DNA of 64,000 bases from Faecalibacillus sp. (GCA_963588175.1 CAVAGP010000004.1:9339-73338), one strand, 5' to 3'; numbered from the stretch's first letter, positions 35,447 to 46,795 are shown. Notes: a model not told the origin generated them from the sequence alone. Numbers and translations: made by a program.

Positions 35447-37909
35447 ATGGCTGTAAAAGCGTATGGATCGATAACTGTTATTGACGTTAGCGATTTAGGA
35501 ACTTTAAGTGTTACTCCAGAAAGTAACCAACCTACCACTTTTGTTTATGACGAGGATTCTCGTTCCTACTCTCCGGCCTTATCGTCCAGTAATGCTCTGA
35601 CACTTTCACCAGTAATTTACTATGCTGGTAAAAGTGTCAGCAACACTGACTCTAAAGTAAAGATAACTTGGAAGAGAAAAGAGGGAAGTTCCGCCGCAAC
35701 CACTATTACTTCTGGCGTAACTAATGGAGTACTGACATTGACGACTTCTCCCGTTTCTCCGTCTATTCCTGTTGTCACTTATATTGTTCATGTTGATTAT
35801 ACGGATGCAGATACCGGAGCGGCACTTAGCGCAGAAGGACAGATCACTTATAGTTTAGTCACTAGTCCTTCTAGTTTAAAATCGGCAAATATTACTGGTG
35901 AATCAGTATTTAAATATGATTCAAGTCAGAAAATTGTTTCTGGCAATGAATCAATCACTTTAACTGGCAAAGTTGAAGGGTACAATGTTTCTATTAGTAA
36001 ATGGCAGTATAAGACTGCGTCCGGCGGATGGACGACTATTACTTCGGCCGGCTCTAGTAGCACTTGTACAATCAATCACACAGATGCATATTTTAATAAC
36101 AATGTTGCTACTATTCGTTTAGTAACTACAGACTCTAATACATATGATGACCATACTATCATTAAAATTTATGACGGCGCGCCTGGTGATCAGGTAGTAA
36201 GTGGTGTTTTGTCAAATGACGATCAAATGATTGCTTGTGACTCCTCAGGAAATGCAACTTCTGCTAGTTTGGCGACTGCTGTAACTACCATCTCTATTTA
36301 CGAAGGTAATACAGATGTTACTTCTGAATGGACTATCAAACCGTCTGCTACTGGTTGTACCTATAGTGTAAGCGGTTATACTTATTCTGTCACTGCAATC
36401 AGCGCTGATGTGGCTGACATTACTTTCACTTGCAGTAAGACAGGCTATAGCGATATTGTTAAAAAGTTTAGTCTGACTAAAGTTAAAACGGGTAAAGACG
36501 GCGTAAATCCAATTGTATATAGTTTAGAGGTTGACAGTTTAGTCATTAACAAATCTATTGCAGGTTCGTTCTCTCCGACTTCTATTACAATGAAAGCATA
36601 TAAGACGCAGGGAACGACAAAAACGGCTTATTCAGGGTATTTCACTGTTACTTTGGATAACGCGACTACTGCGGCTTATACGAGTACCTCGGCAGAAGCA
36701 AGTCATACCTATACGATTCCTTCTACTATCTCTAAGTTCCTAACAGTTCGACTCTATTCAGCAAGTGGCGTGTCTAATTCTAATCTCTTAGATTCTCAGA
36801 CTGTTGTTATCGCCGCTGACGGGGCCACTGGTGCAAAAGGTGCAACTGGCGATGCTGGTAAAGATTCCTATAGTTTTGTACTCGGCAATTATTCCGATGT
36901 TATTCCTTGTACAACTGGTAGAGTAGCTACTGCCGCATATACGATTACCATTCCGTTTTCGGCCTATAAGGGAACCTCTCAGATAGCCTGTACCGCAGCC
37001 TATTCTACTTTGCCGAGCGGCGTAACATTAAAATCGAACACCGCAGGAACTGCTTCCTCGAATGGTTCTTTGATATTTTCGGTTGCAAGCGGCGCAAACT
37101 TTGGTGGAACCTCTACTACTTATGATACTGGTACGATTACTATTACTTTAACTGCAGATGGCAAGAGTAACATTCAACATTATACTTGGACGAAAAATGT
37201 GCAGGCTGCATCAGGCACCTCGGCCGTTCTTTTACGCATTACTACACCGAGTGGCAACATCATCAAGAACAACGAAAATGATGTTACTTTGACAGCCGTT
37301 GTTACTTCTGGTACAACCGTTGTTACTCCGTCTGCGATTCAGTGGTACAAATATAATCCATCTTCTACCGCGGGATACGATACTATTGCGAATGCGACAA
37401 GCGCTACTTACACAGTAAAGAGCGATAGCGTAGATAGTATGGCATCTTATAAGTGTCAAATCACGTATGGCGGAAAAACTTATGTTGATTATGTTTCCGT
37501 ATATGACTACACCGATCCGATTCAAGTCTATATTCATTCTACTTTAGGAGATAAAATTACAAACTCAATTGGGAAGGGCGTTATTTACGCTTCTGTTTTT
37601 AGAGATGGCGAAGAAATTACAACGCCTGTTGAAGAATCCATCACTTGCGCGACCTCGGATCCTTCCTCTGCATCGAGCGGTGATCTCTATTTTAAAATGA
37701 ATTCCTCGACCGGATTGGCTCAGCTAAGAAAGTATAGTGGGTCTGCATGGGCTGATGTGACAGACAGTGGTCTTACCTATACCTGGACTCTGAGAGATAA
37801 AGACAACAATGTAAAGAATACATTGACTGGTCGTGCAATTTATGTCGATGCCAATGTTGTCACTAAGAAGATGATTTTTGACGTTGAAGTAATTGCGACT
37901 GGTTCATAA
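35447..37909 (+). CDS. tail fibre/spike protein (S/T-rich, Ig-like repeats)
   Basis: An 820-aa ORF with an RBS (AAAGGAGG). It has repetitive T/S/V-rich beta-type sequence and lies in the fibre cluster. Confidence 0.5.
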   Translation: MAVKAYGSITVIDVSDLGTLSVTPESNQPTTFVYDEDSRSYSPALSSSNALTLSPVIYYAGKSVSNTDSKVKITWKRKEGSSAATTITSGVTNGVLTLTTSPVSPSIPVVTYIVHVDYTDADTGAALSAEGQITYSLVTSPSSLKSANITGESVFKYDSSQKIVSGNESITLTGKVEGYNVSISKWQYKTASGGWTTITSAGSSSTCTINHTDAYFNNNVATIRLVTTDSNTYDDHTIIKIYDGAPGDQVVSGVLSNDDQMIACDSSGNATSASLATAVTTISIYEGNTDVTSEWTIKPSATGCTYSVSGYTYSVTAISADVADITFTCSKTGYSDIVKKFSLTKVKTGKDGVNPIVYSLEVDSLVINKSIAGSFSPTSITMKAYKTQGTTKTAYSGYFTVTLDNATTAAYTSTSAEASHTYTIPSTISKFLTVRLYSASGVSNSNLLDSQTVVIAADGATGAKGATGDAGKDSYSFVLGNYSDVIPCTTGRVATAAYTITIPFSAYKGTSQIACTAAYSTLPSGVTLKSNTAGTASSNGSLIFSVASGANFGGTSTTYDTGTITITLTADGKSNIQHYTWTKNVQAASGTSAVLLRITTPSGNIIKNNENDVTLTAVVTSGTTVVTPSAIQWYKYNPSSTAGYDTIANATSATYTVKSDSVDSMASYKCQITYGGKTYVDYVSVYDYTDPIQVYIHSTLGDKITNSIGKGVIYASVFRDGEEITTPVEESITCATSDPSSASSGDLYFKMNSSTGLAQLRKYSGSAWADVTDSGLTYTWTLRDKDNNVKNTLTGRAIYVDANVVTKKMIFDVEVIATGS

Positions 37910-37921
37910 GGAGGCGATAGT

Positions 37922-40900
37922 GTGGCAAAAGCCTATAGTTCTTATACTATTGTTGACTTATTAGATGATGCAACATATATTTATTATGCAAGCGCGGCGA
38001 CCATAGATGAATCGACGGGACTTGCAACTGGTTTAGAAGGAGTTAGGGGGTATCCTAACTCCGATACCAAATACATCGGATTTTATTATGGAAATGCTTT
38101 GGAGAATGGGCGGCCTGATACGCCGCCCGCGGCCACTACTTGGACCAAGTACGTGGCTGATGCATTGACTGTAACTGGTTCTGAAATTCGCTACGCACTA
38201 AGCACGAGTGGCACAACGAAGCCTTATTCAGACACCGATACCACTAATTGGAAAACTACAATTACGGCAGAATACGGAAAATATTTGTGGACTCAAACAA
38301 AGACCACTTATTCGGCCGGCCCCGCTACTTATTCCTATTCAGTAGGTTATTTAGGTACAAACGGAACTAACGCCACTCAATATTACGCCTTCGTCCGTTA
38401 TTCAGCCAATGCAAACGGTTCAAACATGACCACTGCGCCGAGTAGCACAACTAAGTACGTCGGCTTTTATAGTGGCACCAGTAGCAGCCCGGCTTATACT
38501 GCCTATACATGGTCGGAGTACGTGGGCACAGATGGTATTCAATACTACTCTTTTGTTCGTTACGCAACCGACAGTTCCGGCACTGGAATGACGACTACTC
38601 CGAGTTCTTCTACAAAGTATGTAGGATTCTATAATGGCACCAAAGCGTCTCCTGTTGCGGCCGACTATACATGGTCAAAATATATTGGAGAAGATGGCAA
38701 GTCCACCTATTTTGGATACCTAACAAATGAGGCTCAGACTTTTGCAGCAAAAACTGCTACAACAACGACGACTCAAGTTAAAGGCTTATATGGAACTTCT
38801 GACGTTACAGTTACTTTAAAGACTATTAACGGAAAGGCGGTAGCAACGAGCGATACTGAGACTGGAATTACGGGTATAAATTTTAAAGTTAGTAGCACTA
38901 GCGCAACGACTGCGCCAACCATCACTTTTACAACCACCACTTCCCTTGCTGAATCTCAGACGGGACAGATTCCAATCATATATCGGTTGACAGGAGAGAG
39001 CGCGGACCGCACTTCTTATTTCTCCTACTCAACAACGAAAAACGGTACAAATGGTACTTCAGCAAGTCTAGTAGACATTACTCCTTCTGCTCAAATCTTT
39101 AAATCAACCAATAGTGGATCCTCTTATACGCCAACTTCAATCACCTTGACACCACGTTTTCAAAATGTTTCTTATTCATCTTGGCAGTACAGCGTCAACG
39201 GCGGTAGCACTTGGACCGCAGTTACTAGTGGGTCAAATGGTTTAACGATTAACAATGGTGTATTAACAGTCGCATCAACTTCGGCGTTATATACTTCTTC
39301 TGTGACCTCTCTCGTGTTTAAGTGCATTAGTTCGAATTCGGCAGTTGCAGACACAGTTACTCTTAGTCGAGTGGTAGACGGCAAGAACGGTACCAATGGT
39401 AACAGTCCAATTTTTCAATATTCGACAGATGGAAAAACTTACGAGACTTATAATTCGTCTAATGCTTCTAAATACCAATATATGAGAGTTTCTACTGACG
39501 GCGGCAGCACTTATGGGCAGCCTATCTACTTTAAGGGACCGTCGGGCGAAAAATATCATATTGAAGTTGACTATCCCCATATTCTCCGCTATTCAAATGT
39601 GGTGACTACTGGTGGAAAATCCACTTTAACTTATGAATACAATCATCCAGTTATTAATATTACTTCAGTAACAATGATAGAGAACGACGAAACCACTACA
39701 GAGCTAGATCTAACAGATTCTACCTCGATCTACAACTTACAGCTTTACGGAGTGACTTATGAAGGCCTTCTGCAAGATACGTCTGAGCTATGGGCAACGG
39801 ATCAAAAAACAATAGATATTAGCTCCTATACTGCCAGAAATGTTAATGATACTACAGAACCTTATTACACGGGAATTATTATTAAATTATTTAAAGAGAT
39901 TGGCGAAGATTATTCTATCGAAGTCGCAAATGCATCTATTGAAATTAAGAATGGGGTTCCTGATGACCTCTTAAAGTTTCAAGTAAACGCACGTAATATA
40001 ACCGCCGCTGTTGAAAATAAGGCTCTTATTTTTGACGATAAGGGGGTTACAATTTACACTGGCAATACTAGCGCTGACACAGATAATTATGGGATAAAAA
40101 TCATCAAGGGCGGCACGTTAAATACTTCTACTGGATATATTGAAAATGGCACTAGTGTATTTTATGCTGACTCTAATGGAGACCTTTATTTGCAAGGCAC
40201 CATCTTCGCAGATGGCGGTTATCTTAAAGATTTAACAGTTACTGGTAAGTTGAATCTTGCGTCCAGAATTGGTGCTGTTGAAGAAGATAGCAATATTATC
40301 ATTGATGGCCCGAATGGAGAGATCTATACCGTGGGCTTCGAAGAAGGCGCAGAAGATGGTTGGAAATTAGAAAAAGAAGAAGGCGCAATTTACGCTAATA
40401 AAATCCATTTAGGTACGGCCGCCTATATTGACAAATATATTCGACTTGGGCCAAACGCCGCGGAAAGGAATGCCTGGATATTTAACCCTCAAATTGTAAA
40501 AGACAGTTTATTAGGGACTAATGGAGCAGAAACGACAGAACATCAAGTTTATTCGACAGGGGATGCTTTTGTCATTAGCAATAATATTAGTGGCAACAAA
40601 GTATTCAGTATTAATACGGATGGTACTCTGTGGTTAGGAAATCATAACAACAACAGAGGAATCATTCTCGATGGCTCGTCTGAGCAGATGCGTAGTTCTA
40701 GCTATCTGAGCGGCTATGATGGCTGGAAAATTGATGTTAATGAAGCAGAATTTAACAACGTTACAGTGCGTGGCTCTATAAAAAGCTCAGTTATGGAATA
40801 CGGAAAAGTTCAATCTGTCGGCGGCGTAGTGCTAGTACGACCAAGTACTGCAATAAAAAGAATAGGAGAATCTCAGAATACAGCAACGGTTGCTAATAAG

Positions 40901-42556
40901 AACTTATTTCAAGCCAAGAAATTAACAAAATATGCTAGCTATGACGAAAAAACTAACACCTACACAATAAAAGGGTCGGGTACTATTTATTCAACAGGTT
41001 TTACTGATAGAATAATTGAAGTTCCTTTTGGGAAAGCTTATCAGGTAACAATGGAAGTTTATTCTCCAATAGAGACTACTTTTGGACGTGACGATAATGA
41101 AAGATCTACAGGCACTGTCTCCTATACGGGAGATGATTTTACTGGCGGGCATAGAGGAGTCTTGAATCTAACAGTACCTGCTAATTCTTGGACAAAAATA
41201 GGGTGGTATGCAGAGAACGTTAGCTCTTATGCAAAAAATCAAAGTATCTATGTTTATACTTCATGGGGCAGTACTTCTATTACTTCCGACCAAACTTATC
41301 AAGTTCGAAATATCAAAGTTGAAATAGTAGACCCAGACAATTACTCTTTTACTGATTGGTCACCTTCCCCTGTGGACGCAGCATCGGGTTCTTGGACAGA
41401 ATTGGAAGTTGAAGATACAGCCTCTTTAAATGTGGGAGATATTTGTATTATTGATGAAAATCAGAAACCGCATAAAATTATCGCCTTTAATGGCAATAAA
41501 GTATATCTTGATGGTCTTATCGCAGATAACTCATATATATTAACAGCTATTCAAAGTGCAACGACCGATTCAGTCCAAAACAATGTCGGCATTATTATTA
41601 ACAGTAGTAGTAATGCTTCTTTCGGTGCGCCCCATGCTTTAAGTATTGCCGAATACACAGGAGATTATGCAGAAGGAGAATATAAAGAACAGGTCAACTT
41701 AATTCTTGGACAATTAGATGGGATTGTTACACCGGAACAGTTCGGCTATTCTCAATCAAAATCTACCCACTATGGCCTTTATGCGACAGACGCCTATCTA
41801 AATGGCGCTATCGTATCCTACTCTTCCGCTAACAATTATAGTGCGGGCATAAACACCAACTCAGAAGTTTATTGGGATACAACGCAATCTAAAACTTATT
41901 TTCCATCCTTGTGGACAAATTCTTCTGCGGCCACCGCTTCGGCGAACCCTAATCTTGGACCAATTGTTTTTTGGGCAGGCACGAATAAAGGTACAGGCTC
42001 TGACCTTCAAGGCGCAAACTTCAAAATTGACGCTAAAGGTAACTTTTATGCTAACAGCGCTTATATTCAAGGCTCGATTATTTCTGATTCTTATATTGAA
42101 GCAGCAGAAATGCGCACTGCTCTTATTACTGGGACAGGAGGATCTGGAACAGGACTTACTTTCCAAGATATAGCGAATGCAATAGTATTTAAGACTGGTT
42201 CAACTGAAAAATTCCGAGTTAGCTCTACTGAAATGAGAACTTCTTTGCCGATTTCTGCGACAAGTGGATTGATTGTGAATGAAAGCACTATCCTTGGCAA
42301 CAACTCAATCAGTTTTTCGGGTGAATCACTATGGGTATATTCGAACTCGAAAATGAGGGGCCAAATCGGCACAAAAGATATTGTGGCTTTCGATAGCACA
42401 GCAATTGACATTGCACCGAGTTCAATTATCAATCTTACCAGTGCGAATGTCAATGTTACTCCGCTAGAAAAAGGCTCATTCAAATTAGTGGGCGCCGCAG
42501 GATATAGTATGGATTATCAAAGAACGACAGATGGATATAACTTGTATATTCATTAA
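37922..42556 (+). CDS. tail fibre / receptor-binding protein with N-terminal 54-aa repeats
   Basis: A 1544-aa ORF starting at GTG 7 nt after AAGGAGG. Repeats of the form YY.FVRY....G..MTT.PSS.TKYVGFY.GT...P....YTWS.Y.G.DG are present. Confidence 0.55.
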   Translation: MAKAYSSYTIVDLLDDATYIYYASAATIDESTGLATGLEGVRGYPNSDTKYIGFYYGNALENGRPDTPPAATTWTKYVADALTVTGSEIRYALSTSGTTKPYSDTDTTNWKTTITAEYGKYLWTQTKTTYSAGPATYSYSVGYLGTNGTNATQYYAFVRYSANANGSNMTTAPSSTTKYVGFYSGTSSSPAYTAYTWSEYVGTDGIQYYSFVRYATDSSGTGMTTTPSSSTKYVGFYNGTKASPVAADYTWSKYIGEDGKSTYFGYLTNEAQTFAAKTATTTTTQVKGLYGTSDVTVTLKTINGKAVATSDTETGITGINFKVSSTSATTAPTITFTTTTSLAESQTGQIPIIYRLTGESADRTSYFSYSTTKNGTNGTSASLVDITPSAQIFKSTNSGSSYTPTSITLTPRFQNVSYSSWQYSVNGGSTWTAVTSGSNGLTINNGVLTVASTSALYTSSVTSLVFKCISSNSAVADTVTLSRVVDGKNGTNGNSPIFQYSTDGKTYETYNSSNASKYQYMRVSTDGGSTYGQPIYFKGPSGEKYHIEVDYPHILRYSNVVTTGGKSTLTYEYNHPVINITSVTMIENDETTTELDLTDSTSIYNLQLYGVTYEGLLQDTSELWATDQKTIDISSYTARNVNDTTEPYYTGIIIKLFKEIGEDYSIEVANASIEIKNGVPDDLLKFQVNARNITAAVENKALIFDDKGVTIYTGNTSADTDNYGIKIIKGGTLNTSTGYIENGTSVFYADSNGDLYLQGTIFADGGYLKDLTVTGKLNLASRIGAVEEDSNIIIDGPNGEIYTVGFEEGAEDGWKLEKEEGAIYANKIHLGTAAYIDKYIRLGPNAAERNAWIFNPQIVKDSLLGTNGAETTEHQVYSTGDAFVISNNISGNKVFSINTDGTLWLGNHNNNRGIILDGSSEQMRSSSYLSGYDGWKIDVNEAEFNNVTVRGSIKSSVMEYGKVQSVGGVVLVRPSTAIKRIGESQNTATVANKNLFQAKKLTKYASYDEKTNTYTIKGSGTIYSTGFTDRIIEVPFGKAYQVTMEVYSPIETTFGRDDNERSTGTVSYTGDDFTGGHRGVLNLTVPANSWTKIGWYAENVSSYAKNQSIYVYTSWGSTSITSDQTYQVRNIKVEIVDPDNYSFTDWSPSPVDAASGSWTELEVEDTASLNVGDICIIDENQKPHKIIAFNGNKVYLDGLIADNSYILTAIQSATTDSVQNNVGIIINSSSNASFGAPHALSIAEYTGDYAEGEYKEQVNLILGQLDGIVTPEQFGYSQSKSTHYGLYATDAYLNGAIVSYSSANNYSAGINTNSEVYWDTTQSKTYFPSLWTNSSAATASANPNLGPIVFWAGTNKGTGSDLQGANFKIDAKGNFYANSAYIQGSIISDSYIEAAEMRTALITGTGGSGTGLTFQDIANAIVFKTGSTEKFRVSSTEMRTSLPISATSGLIVNESTILGNNSISFSGESLWVYSNSKMRGQIGTKDIVAFDSTAIDIAPSSIINLTSANVNVTPLEKGSFKLVGAAGYSMDYQRTTDGYNLYIH
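38375..38698 (+). repeat. two tandem 162-nt (54-aa) repeat units in the fibre gene, plus a degenerate copy upstream at ~37.97-38.16 kb
   Basis: TQYYAFVRYSANANGSNMTTAPSSTTKYVGFYSGTSSSPAYTAYTWSEYVGTDG is followed by IQYYSFVRYATDSSGTGMTTTPSSSTKYVGFYNGTKASPVAADYTWSKYIGEDG. Confidence 0.8.
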
Positions 42557-42577
42557 GGGGTAAAAGGAGGAGAACAA

Positions 42578-45499
42578 ATGGCAACACTAGGAACTGGATG
42601 GACGTATTTATTTAGTTGTAGTAAATATCCTAATCTTCAAGTGGTGGGAAAATATGTTGTTACAAATGCGTCCGCTCATCAAGTAAAAATTTATATCGCC
42701 GCTACATATGGACCTACTTCGGGGTCAGGATCTTATTCTTCCACTTATAGCTCCGCGTATGTAAAAGTTAATGGAGAAACTATACAGTCGGGAAGTTACA
42801 ATTTTGGTAAGCTTTCGCACGGAGTATATGCAGATGTTGGCAACACTTCTGCAATAACCCTTTCGCAAGGAAGCTCCGGCAGCGCAGCCACTAGCGTTAG
42901 TATGACAGTAGCTTGGCCACAACATAACCCTTCAACGACCGTTACTCTTACTATTCCTGCTGGAGCTATTGGCTCAGGCTATTACGTGTCCGCGGCTACC
43001 AATCCAACATCTTTATGGATTTCAGGATATGACAGTAAAAATAGAATGAAGCCAGGGCAAAGTTTTACAGTATCTTGCAGCGGAGCAAAAGATGGCAACT
43101 CAAATAGTATTTATGGCTATGATTTTTATTGGAAAGTTGGCGGCGCGCCGGCAGATGGTAATTGCCATGGATGGGCTTATGTCACGGGGACTGCCTCTTC
43201 TGGAGCGACCGCCACTTTCACTCTCAACAGTAATTATGCTTATCGTGGCAGTCAAATTTATATTGGAGTTATCTGTCGAGCCAGTAGTTACAATACATCA
43301 ATAAAGACAAGCGCGACGGGGGTATATGTAAACTCTTTGCCAAACGGCCCCTCAGTCTCTGCGTCGGCCTATACTATAAAAAGTTCCGGCGATTCAGTTA
43401 AATTTACGTTTTCCGCAGGTTCAGATAGTGATGGGCAATCCTGCTCAGTTCGTTATGCAACAAGCGCAGTAACTCCAACAACAAGCAATACTACAGCAAT
43501 AAGTTCTGGTACTTCATTTACGATAAAATCGACAAGCACCTATTATTTTTGGACGTATGATGGTTTAGAATTTAGCAGTAACTACAATGCTCAAAAAATT
43601 ACAGTAAATAGCGCATTGCAGATTTCTAATCCGACTTGGAGCTTTTATATTAAAGACGGTAATTCAACTACTTCTCTTGCTAAAAGTTTTGGTTTTACTG
43701 GCTCTTATACGCGAACACCGACCAAATTTAAATATTTGTTGAAGTGGGGAGATTCAAGTTCAATAACCGCATCTTCAACAACTTCTTATACGTCTAGTGA
43801 AATTTCGGGCTCTCCTAAAAGCAGTAGCTCTAGCTATGCAATTTCTACCTCCTCTATTCCCGAAGGATATTATTTTATAGTAGGGCTAGCGATATATGAC
43901 GGTTTAGAATGGAGTGGCTATACTTACTCTAGCGTATACCGATATCGAAAAACTCACGCCGGAACTGCTACTGTAACTCCAACTTCGATTATCGCCTATA
44001 ACAGCAAGAATTATTTATCACCGAGCTATTCTCTTAGCTATTCGATTCCAAGTGTGGGGGACGGAGAGTATTACTGGAATTCATATATTATCAAAATCAA
44101 TGATGCAGAAGTTTCTACTTCTAAAACTCTTGAAGCAAAAGCGTCCGCACAGACGGCTAGTTATTCAGGGACGACCTTTGCATACAGTAATAATGACGCA
44201 ATAAAAATAGCCCTTGTTTTAACAGATACTGATTCTACCACCTATACGTCTAACTCAACGACTTACTACAAACCTGCCCTGCCCACTTTAGCAGCAAACT
44301 TAACCTCTTCCATTACAACTCTTTATCCGAGAAAAAATGCTTCGGGGACTGTAGCAGCAAGTGCGTTGGGAACTACTTTCAATAACGCATATAATTATAA
44401 ACTTGTATTCTCTCTGAATGGAACGGATTTAACTCCAACCTTTTCAGGCACTAGTATTACTGCCAACTCTAATCTCTTGGGATTTACTTGGGGATCAATG
44501 AGTACTTCAGGGACTCTTCTTTATAATATATTCCAAAAAGTAAAAGCTCTAACAACAACGCAATCCGGCAGTTTTACACTAACCCTAACTGATTCATTTA
44601 ACCAGTCTGTTTCAATTTCGACCTCAATCATAATAGATCCGAGAACTCGTCCCTATATATCAAGTAGCAATATATATCTTAAGGGAACTTCGGACGCATT
44701 GACCTCGTCTAATTATAAAGCGGTTAAAGGAGAGCAAGTTCAAATTACTTTTACTCCTGACGACTACAATATTGCAGATGGAATGGCAAAAACTTTGAAT
44801 TATCAGATAACCTCCTCTAATTCGAGTCTTATTCCTTCTACTTCTGGAGCGTGTTCAAGGGGCGCGGCAACTACCGTATATCTTAACATTAATAATGCAA
44901 CATCGGCAACTGCGGTTACATTAACACTGACTGTTTCAGACAGTTTAGGTACCTCTACCGATCATGTTATTGGCTCTACTACCAACATGAAAGCCTTTCA
45001 GACAGTAACTATTTTGCCATTGGTTGAGCCCCTACTTAAGATTGCTGCAGCCACCGCCACTTCCGGCACGACGACTACCGCTACCCTATCCTACACAAAT
45101 ACAACTACGAGTTGCTCCTGGGTCGATTCTGCGAGAAGAACGGCGAGTACATACTATAGTTATACCCCGACTTCAGTAGTATATCACTATATTACTTCTA
45201 CGGGCGAAGATAAAATTCTTAGCGGAACTTCTTTGTCGATAACAGAAAATACTCAATTTTATGCCGTAGCCACTTATAAATATGGCTACAATGGAACTCA
45301 ATTAACTTTTATGGTAACTTCGAGTTCTGTAACTGTATATGCCACCGCGCCTTTGGTGGCTTATCGTCCCGGCCGCATGGGTATTAATGTTTTAAATCCA
45401 AAGAGTTTGTTAGATATCGCTCCATCCTCAAATTATACAGACATTAATCTTAATCAAGCACTTGTTATCAATGGCGTTATTGACGGCGGTACATATTAA
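42578..45499 (+). CDS. tail fibre-like structural protein (S/T-rich)
   Basis: A 973-aa ORF with an RBS (AAAGGAGGAG). It has extreme Ser/Thr content and is the last large gene of the fibre cluster. A terminator follows. Confidence 0.5.
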   Translation: MATLGTGWTYLFSCSKYPNLQVVGKYVVTNASAHQVKIYIAATYGPTSGSGSYSSTYSSAYVKVNGETIQSGSYNFGKLSHGVYADVGNTSAITLSQGSSGSAATSVSMTVAWPQHNPSTTVTLTIPAGAIGSGYYVSAATNPTSLWISGYDSKNRMKPGQSFTVSCSGAKDGNSNSIYGYDFYWKVGGAPADGNCHGWAYVTGTASSGATATFTLNSNYAYRGSQIYIGVICRASSYNTSIKTSATGVYVNSLPNGPSVSASAYTIKSSGDSVKFTFSAGSDSDGQSCSVRYATSAVTPTTSNTTAISSGTSFTIKSTSTYYFWTYDGLEFSSNYNAQKITVNSALQISNPTWSFYIKDGNSTTSLAKSFGFTGSYTRTPTKFKYLLKWGDSSSITASSTTSYTSSEISGSPKSSSSSYAISTSSIPEGYYFIVGLAIYDGLEWSGYTYSSVYRYRKTHAGTATVTPTSIIAYNSKNYLSPSYSLSYSIPSVGDGEYYWNSYIIKINDAEVSTSKTLEAKASAQTASYSGTTFAYSNNDAIKIALVLTDTDSTTYTSNSTTYYKPALPTLAANLTSSITTLYPRKNASGTVAASALGTTFNNAYNYKLVFSLNGTDLTPTFSGTSITANSNLLGFTWGSMSTSGTLLYNIFQKVKALTTTQSGSFTLTLTDSFNQSVSISTSIIIDPRTRPYISSSNIYLKGTSDALTSSNYKAVKGEQVQITFTPDDYNIADGMAKTLNYQITSSNSSLIPSTSGACSRGAATTVYLNINNATSATAVTLTLTVSDSLGTSTDHVIGSTTNMKAFQTVTILPLVEPLLKIAAATATSGTTTTATLSYTNTTTSCSWVDSARRTASTYYSYTPTSVVYHYITSTGEDKILSGTSLSITENTQFYAVATYKYGYNGTQLTFMVTSSSVTVYATAPLVAYRPGRMGINVLNPKSLLDIAPSSNYTDINLNQALVINGVIDGGTY

Positions 45500-45504
45500 C
45501 AATT

Positions 45505-45541
45505 CGACCTCTCTTCTATAGAGAGGTCGTTGTCTATTTTA
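45505..45541 (+). terminator. intrinsic terminator after the fibre cluster
   Basis: A 10-bp stem (CGACCTCTCT / AGAGAGGTCG) has a 5-nt loop and is followed by a T-rich tail (TTGTCTATTTT). Confidence 0.65.
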
Positions 45542-45656
45542 TACTAGTTTGCCGCTGTTCTTTCTATTTTACTTCCAAATTTAAACATTTATTAAATCTA
45601 AAATTATATCTACTTTGCACAAATCTTACTTTTTATTAGAAGAGGAGGCGATTAAA

Positions 45657-45950
45657 ATGGGCAGTCAATATGGTTTATTTGCTCAGCCGCAAGGTAACAT
45701 CTATATCGTAAATAACCAATATGAAATTAGCACCTTGCCAATTAATGGCAATTTAACTGCGGCTCTAGACCCCCAAAGAAATGTCCTTTATTTAAAGGCT
45801 TATCAGAATGGTGCTCCTATTATTTCTACTTATCAAATCACCCCCCTCAAAGAAGAAGACAGGGTAGATAGGTTGGAAAAGAAAATTGATGAGCTATTCG
45901 AGAAGCTCAATAGCAAAGGAGGAATAAAGAATGAACTATTATCCTCTTAA
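45657..45950 (+). CDS. hypothetical protein
   Basis: ATG45657 follows GAGGAGG, and this is an internal Met of the 45615 track ORF. The product is 97 aa. Confidence 0.45.
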   Translation: MGSQYGLFAQPQGNIYIVNNQYEISTLPINGNLTAALDPQRNVLYLKAYQNGAPIISTYQITPLKEEDRVDRLEKKIDELFEKLNSKGGIKNELLSS

Positions 45951-46098
45951 AACAGACAGCTCTACATTCGATCAATTGATCAATATAACCTCTCGCCTTA
46001 GCGAAACGGAGATAAACAAATTTATTTCTCAAGCCCGCAGTCAGGGCATTTCAGAAGACGACATTTCTGAAGGACTGCGGCTATTAAAAATGAAATAA
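45931..46098 (+). CDS. hypothetical small protein (55 aa, below the ORF-track cutoff)
   Basis: ATG45931 lies 6 nt after AAAGGAGG. The product reads MNYYPLKTDSSTFDQLINITSRLSETEINKFISQARSQGISEDDISEGLRLLKMK-stop. Confidence 0.4.
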   Translation: MNYYPLKTDSSTFDQLINITSRLSETEINKFISQARSQGISEDDISEGLRLLKMK

Positions 46099-46148
46099 AT
46101 AAGAAGTGCGCGCGAACTTCTACAATTTAATATTTTGGAGGGAATTAT

Positions 46149-46784
46149 ATGTCCGATGCTTTATCCGCCGCTGACGTAATGGCCATGATGAATGGTAATG
46201 ACGGTTGGCAGAACAACCCTTTTATCTATCTTGTTTGGCTTGCGCTTCTTGGTGGCGGCAATTTCTTCGGCCGAAACTCTGACAGCGCTCTTCAGAACTC
46301 TATTACTCGTTCTGATTTATTTGAAGGATTCAACAATCAGGATGTAAATGGACAACTGAGAGGCATTACCAATGGATTGTGTGATGGCTTTTATGCAATG
46401 AACAATTCCCTTTTGAGCGGTTTCGGTTCTATTGGGAATGAGATTATGGCCAATCGCTATGCCAATCAGCAGAACACTTGCGAGATTAATAGAAATATTG
46501 ACGATGTCAAAGCTGAGGCGTATCAAAATACTTGTGCCATTACGAGTGCTATTCACTCCGAAGGCGAAGCTACTCGCGCATTAATCCAGGCCAACACTAT
46601 TCAGGACCTGAGAGATCGTCTTGAAGCATCCGATCGAGATCTTCTTACCGCAAACTTCCAAATCAGTCAGCTCAATCAGAACGCTGCGCTCATCGGCGCA
46701 CTTCGTCCATTTCCACAGCCGGCATATATTACAACTTCTCCCTATTCTAGCGCCTCTGTAAATACTTGCGGCTGCATGGTATAG
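46149..46784 (+). CDS. membrane-anchored hypothetical protein (single N-terminal TM; holin-like role only speculative)
   Basis: A 211-aa ORF with an RBS (GGAGGG). It has a hydrophobic segment (PFIYLVWLALLGGGNFF) followed by a soluble Q/N-rich region. Confidence 0.45.
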   Translation: MSDALSAADVMAMMNGNDGWQNNPFIYLVWLALLGGGNFFGRNSDSALQNSITRSDLFEGFNNQDVNGQLRGITNGLCDGFYAMNNSLLSGFGSIGNEIMANRYANQQNTCEINRNIDDVKAEAYQNTCAITSAIHSEGEATRALIQANTIQDLRDRLEASDRDLLTANFQISQLNQNAALIGALRPFPQPAYITTSPYSSASVNTCGCMV

Positions 46785-46795
46785 GAGGACGCCCA

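Noticed and set aside
35447-45499. A diversity-generating retroelement or phase-variable region in the fibre genes.
   Set aside because: No reverse transcriptase, no template/variable repeat pair and no invertible-repeat/recombinase signature is visible. The repeats present are in-frame protein-domain duplications.
46099-46148. The hairpin AGAAGT-GCGCGCGA-ACTTCT, considered as a terminator between small ORFs.
   Set aside because: The stem is only 6 bp and the downstream T-run is weak and interrupted.
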